Assembly: GCA_008690995.1 (NCBI GenBank)
Contig: VRMN01000010.1
Coordinates: forward strand, 248,001-312,000
Length of the DNA: 64,000 bases
Direction: 5' to 3'
Origin: Porphyridium purpureum
Taxonomy: Eukaryota
The notes beneath the pieces were generated by a model. It had not been told where the DNA came from and ran no database searches. It saw only the letters and a list, made by a program, of their open reading frames with translations. Position 1 is the first letter of the stretch. Each line of letters starts with the position of its first letter. The position numbers and the translations under genes were made by a program. Below, piece after piece: positions 63,504-64,000 of this stretch.

Positions 63504-64000
63504 AGCAAGCAAGCCAACCATGGCGGGCAGACAGGAGCGTCTGCCAATTCAGACTGAGCGTGATGTACTTTAGGTTCTAGTAAGCGCGAGACTTTTTCTG
63601 CCCATTTGGAGCGTAGCAGACTCTGAACTCGATGTCTGGCATGTTTCAACCCGAAAGGTCTCACTTGTTGTAACCAGAGCCCTTGCGGATTTCTGTGGCG
63701 CGGTATATCTGAGACAGTGGCAGGCAAGGGGATGGTAGCAAGTTAGTACGCTGCGCGCATCATAGGTCGCGATACGACAAGAGGGTCATGTTCTGTGCGC
63801 AACACCGAGAGGAAATTAAAAGCAAGACAAAGGGATGGGACCAAGGAAAGACGGAAACGAGAACTGAACGCACCTGTTCGCATATCAAAGCCCTCGCCAT
63901 CTTGTGTGTAAACGTCAACTCACTGAGGCTGAGAAAATGTTGCACGTACTTTCGCTTCGTGCGAGGCGCTGCGGCGTCTTGTTTGATGACGTAAGGCAAG

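Overview
A gene-dense, GC-rich, nearly intron-free eukaryotic window, almost certainly from a phycoerythrin-containing red alga (inferred from a nuclear CpeY lyase and MAFV/MGFV-type plastid transit peptides; Porphyridium-like). It holds an intact DD34E Tc1/Tc3-type transposon inserted just upstream of cpeY, about 25 protein genes and an intron-containing tRNA-Arg(UCU). Recognisable genes include a DCAF7-like WD40 protein, proteasome alpha-6, Tim13, lipoate ligase, PDK, V-ATPase A (one intron), RAB3GAP1, a 3255-aa CHD remodeller with a FYR domain and DusA. There is also a decayed HSP90-like ATPase pseudogene and three tandem paralog pairs (glycosyltransferases, Tat-type lumenal proteins, USPs). 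The most interesting candidate system is the tandem pair of type II membrane proteins that fuse a GT7-like domain to a fucosyltransferase-like domain: one copy keeps the catalytic motifs and the other has lost them. Other points: a NAPE-PLD-like protein lacking metal ligands, recurrent CTGTAC and AACNG promoter motif clusters, and two genes with single unexplained reading-frame lesions. All homology calls come from motif recognition by eye; no database searches were run.
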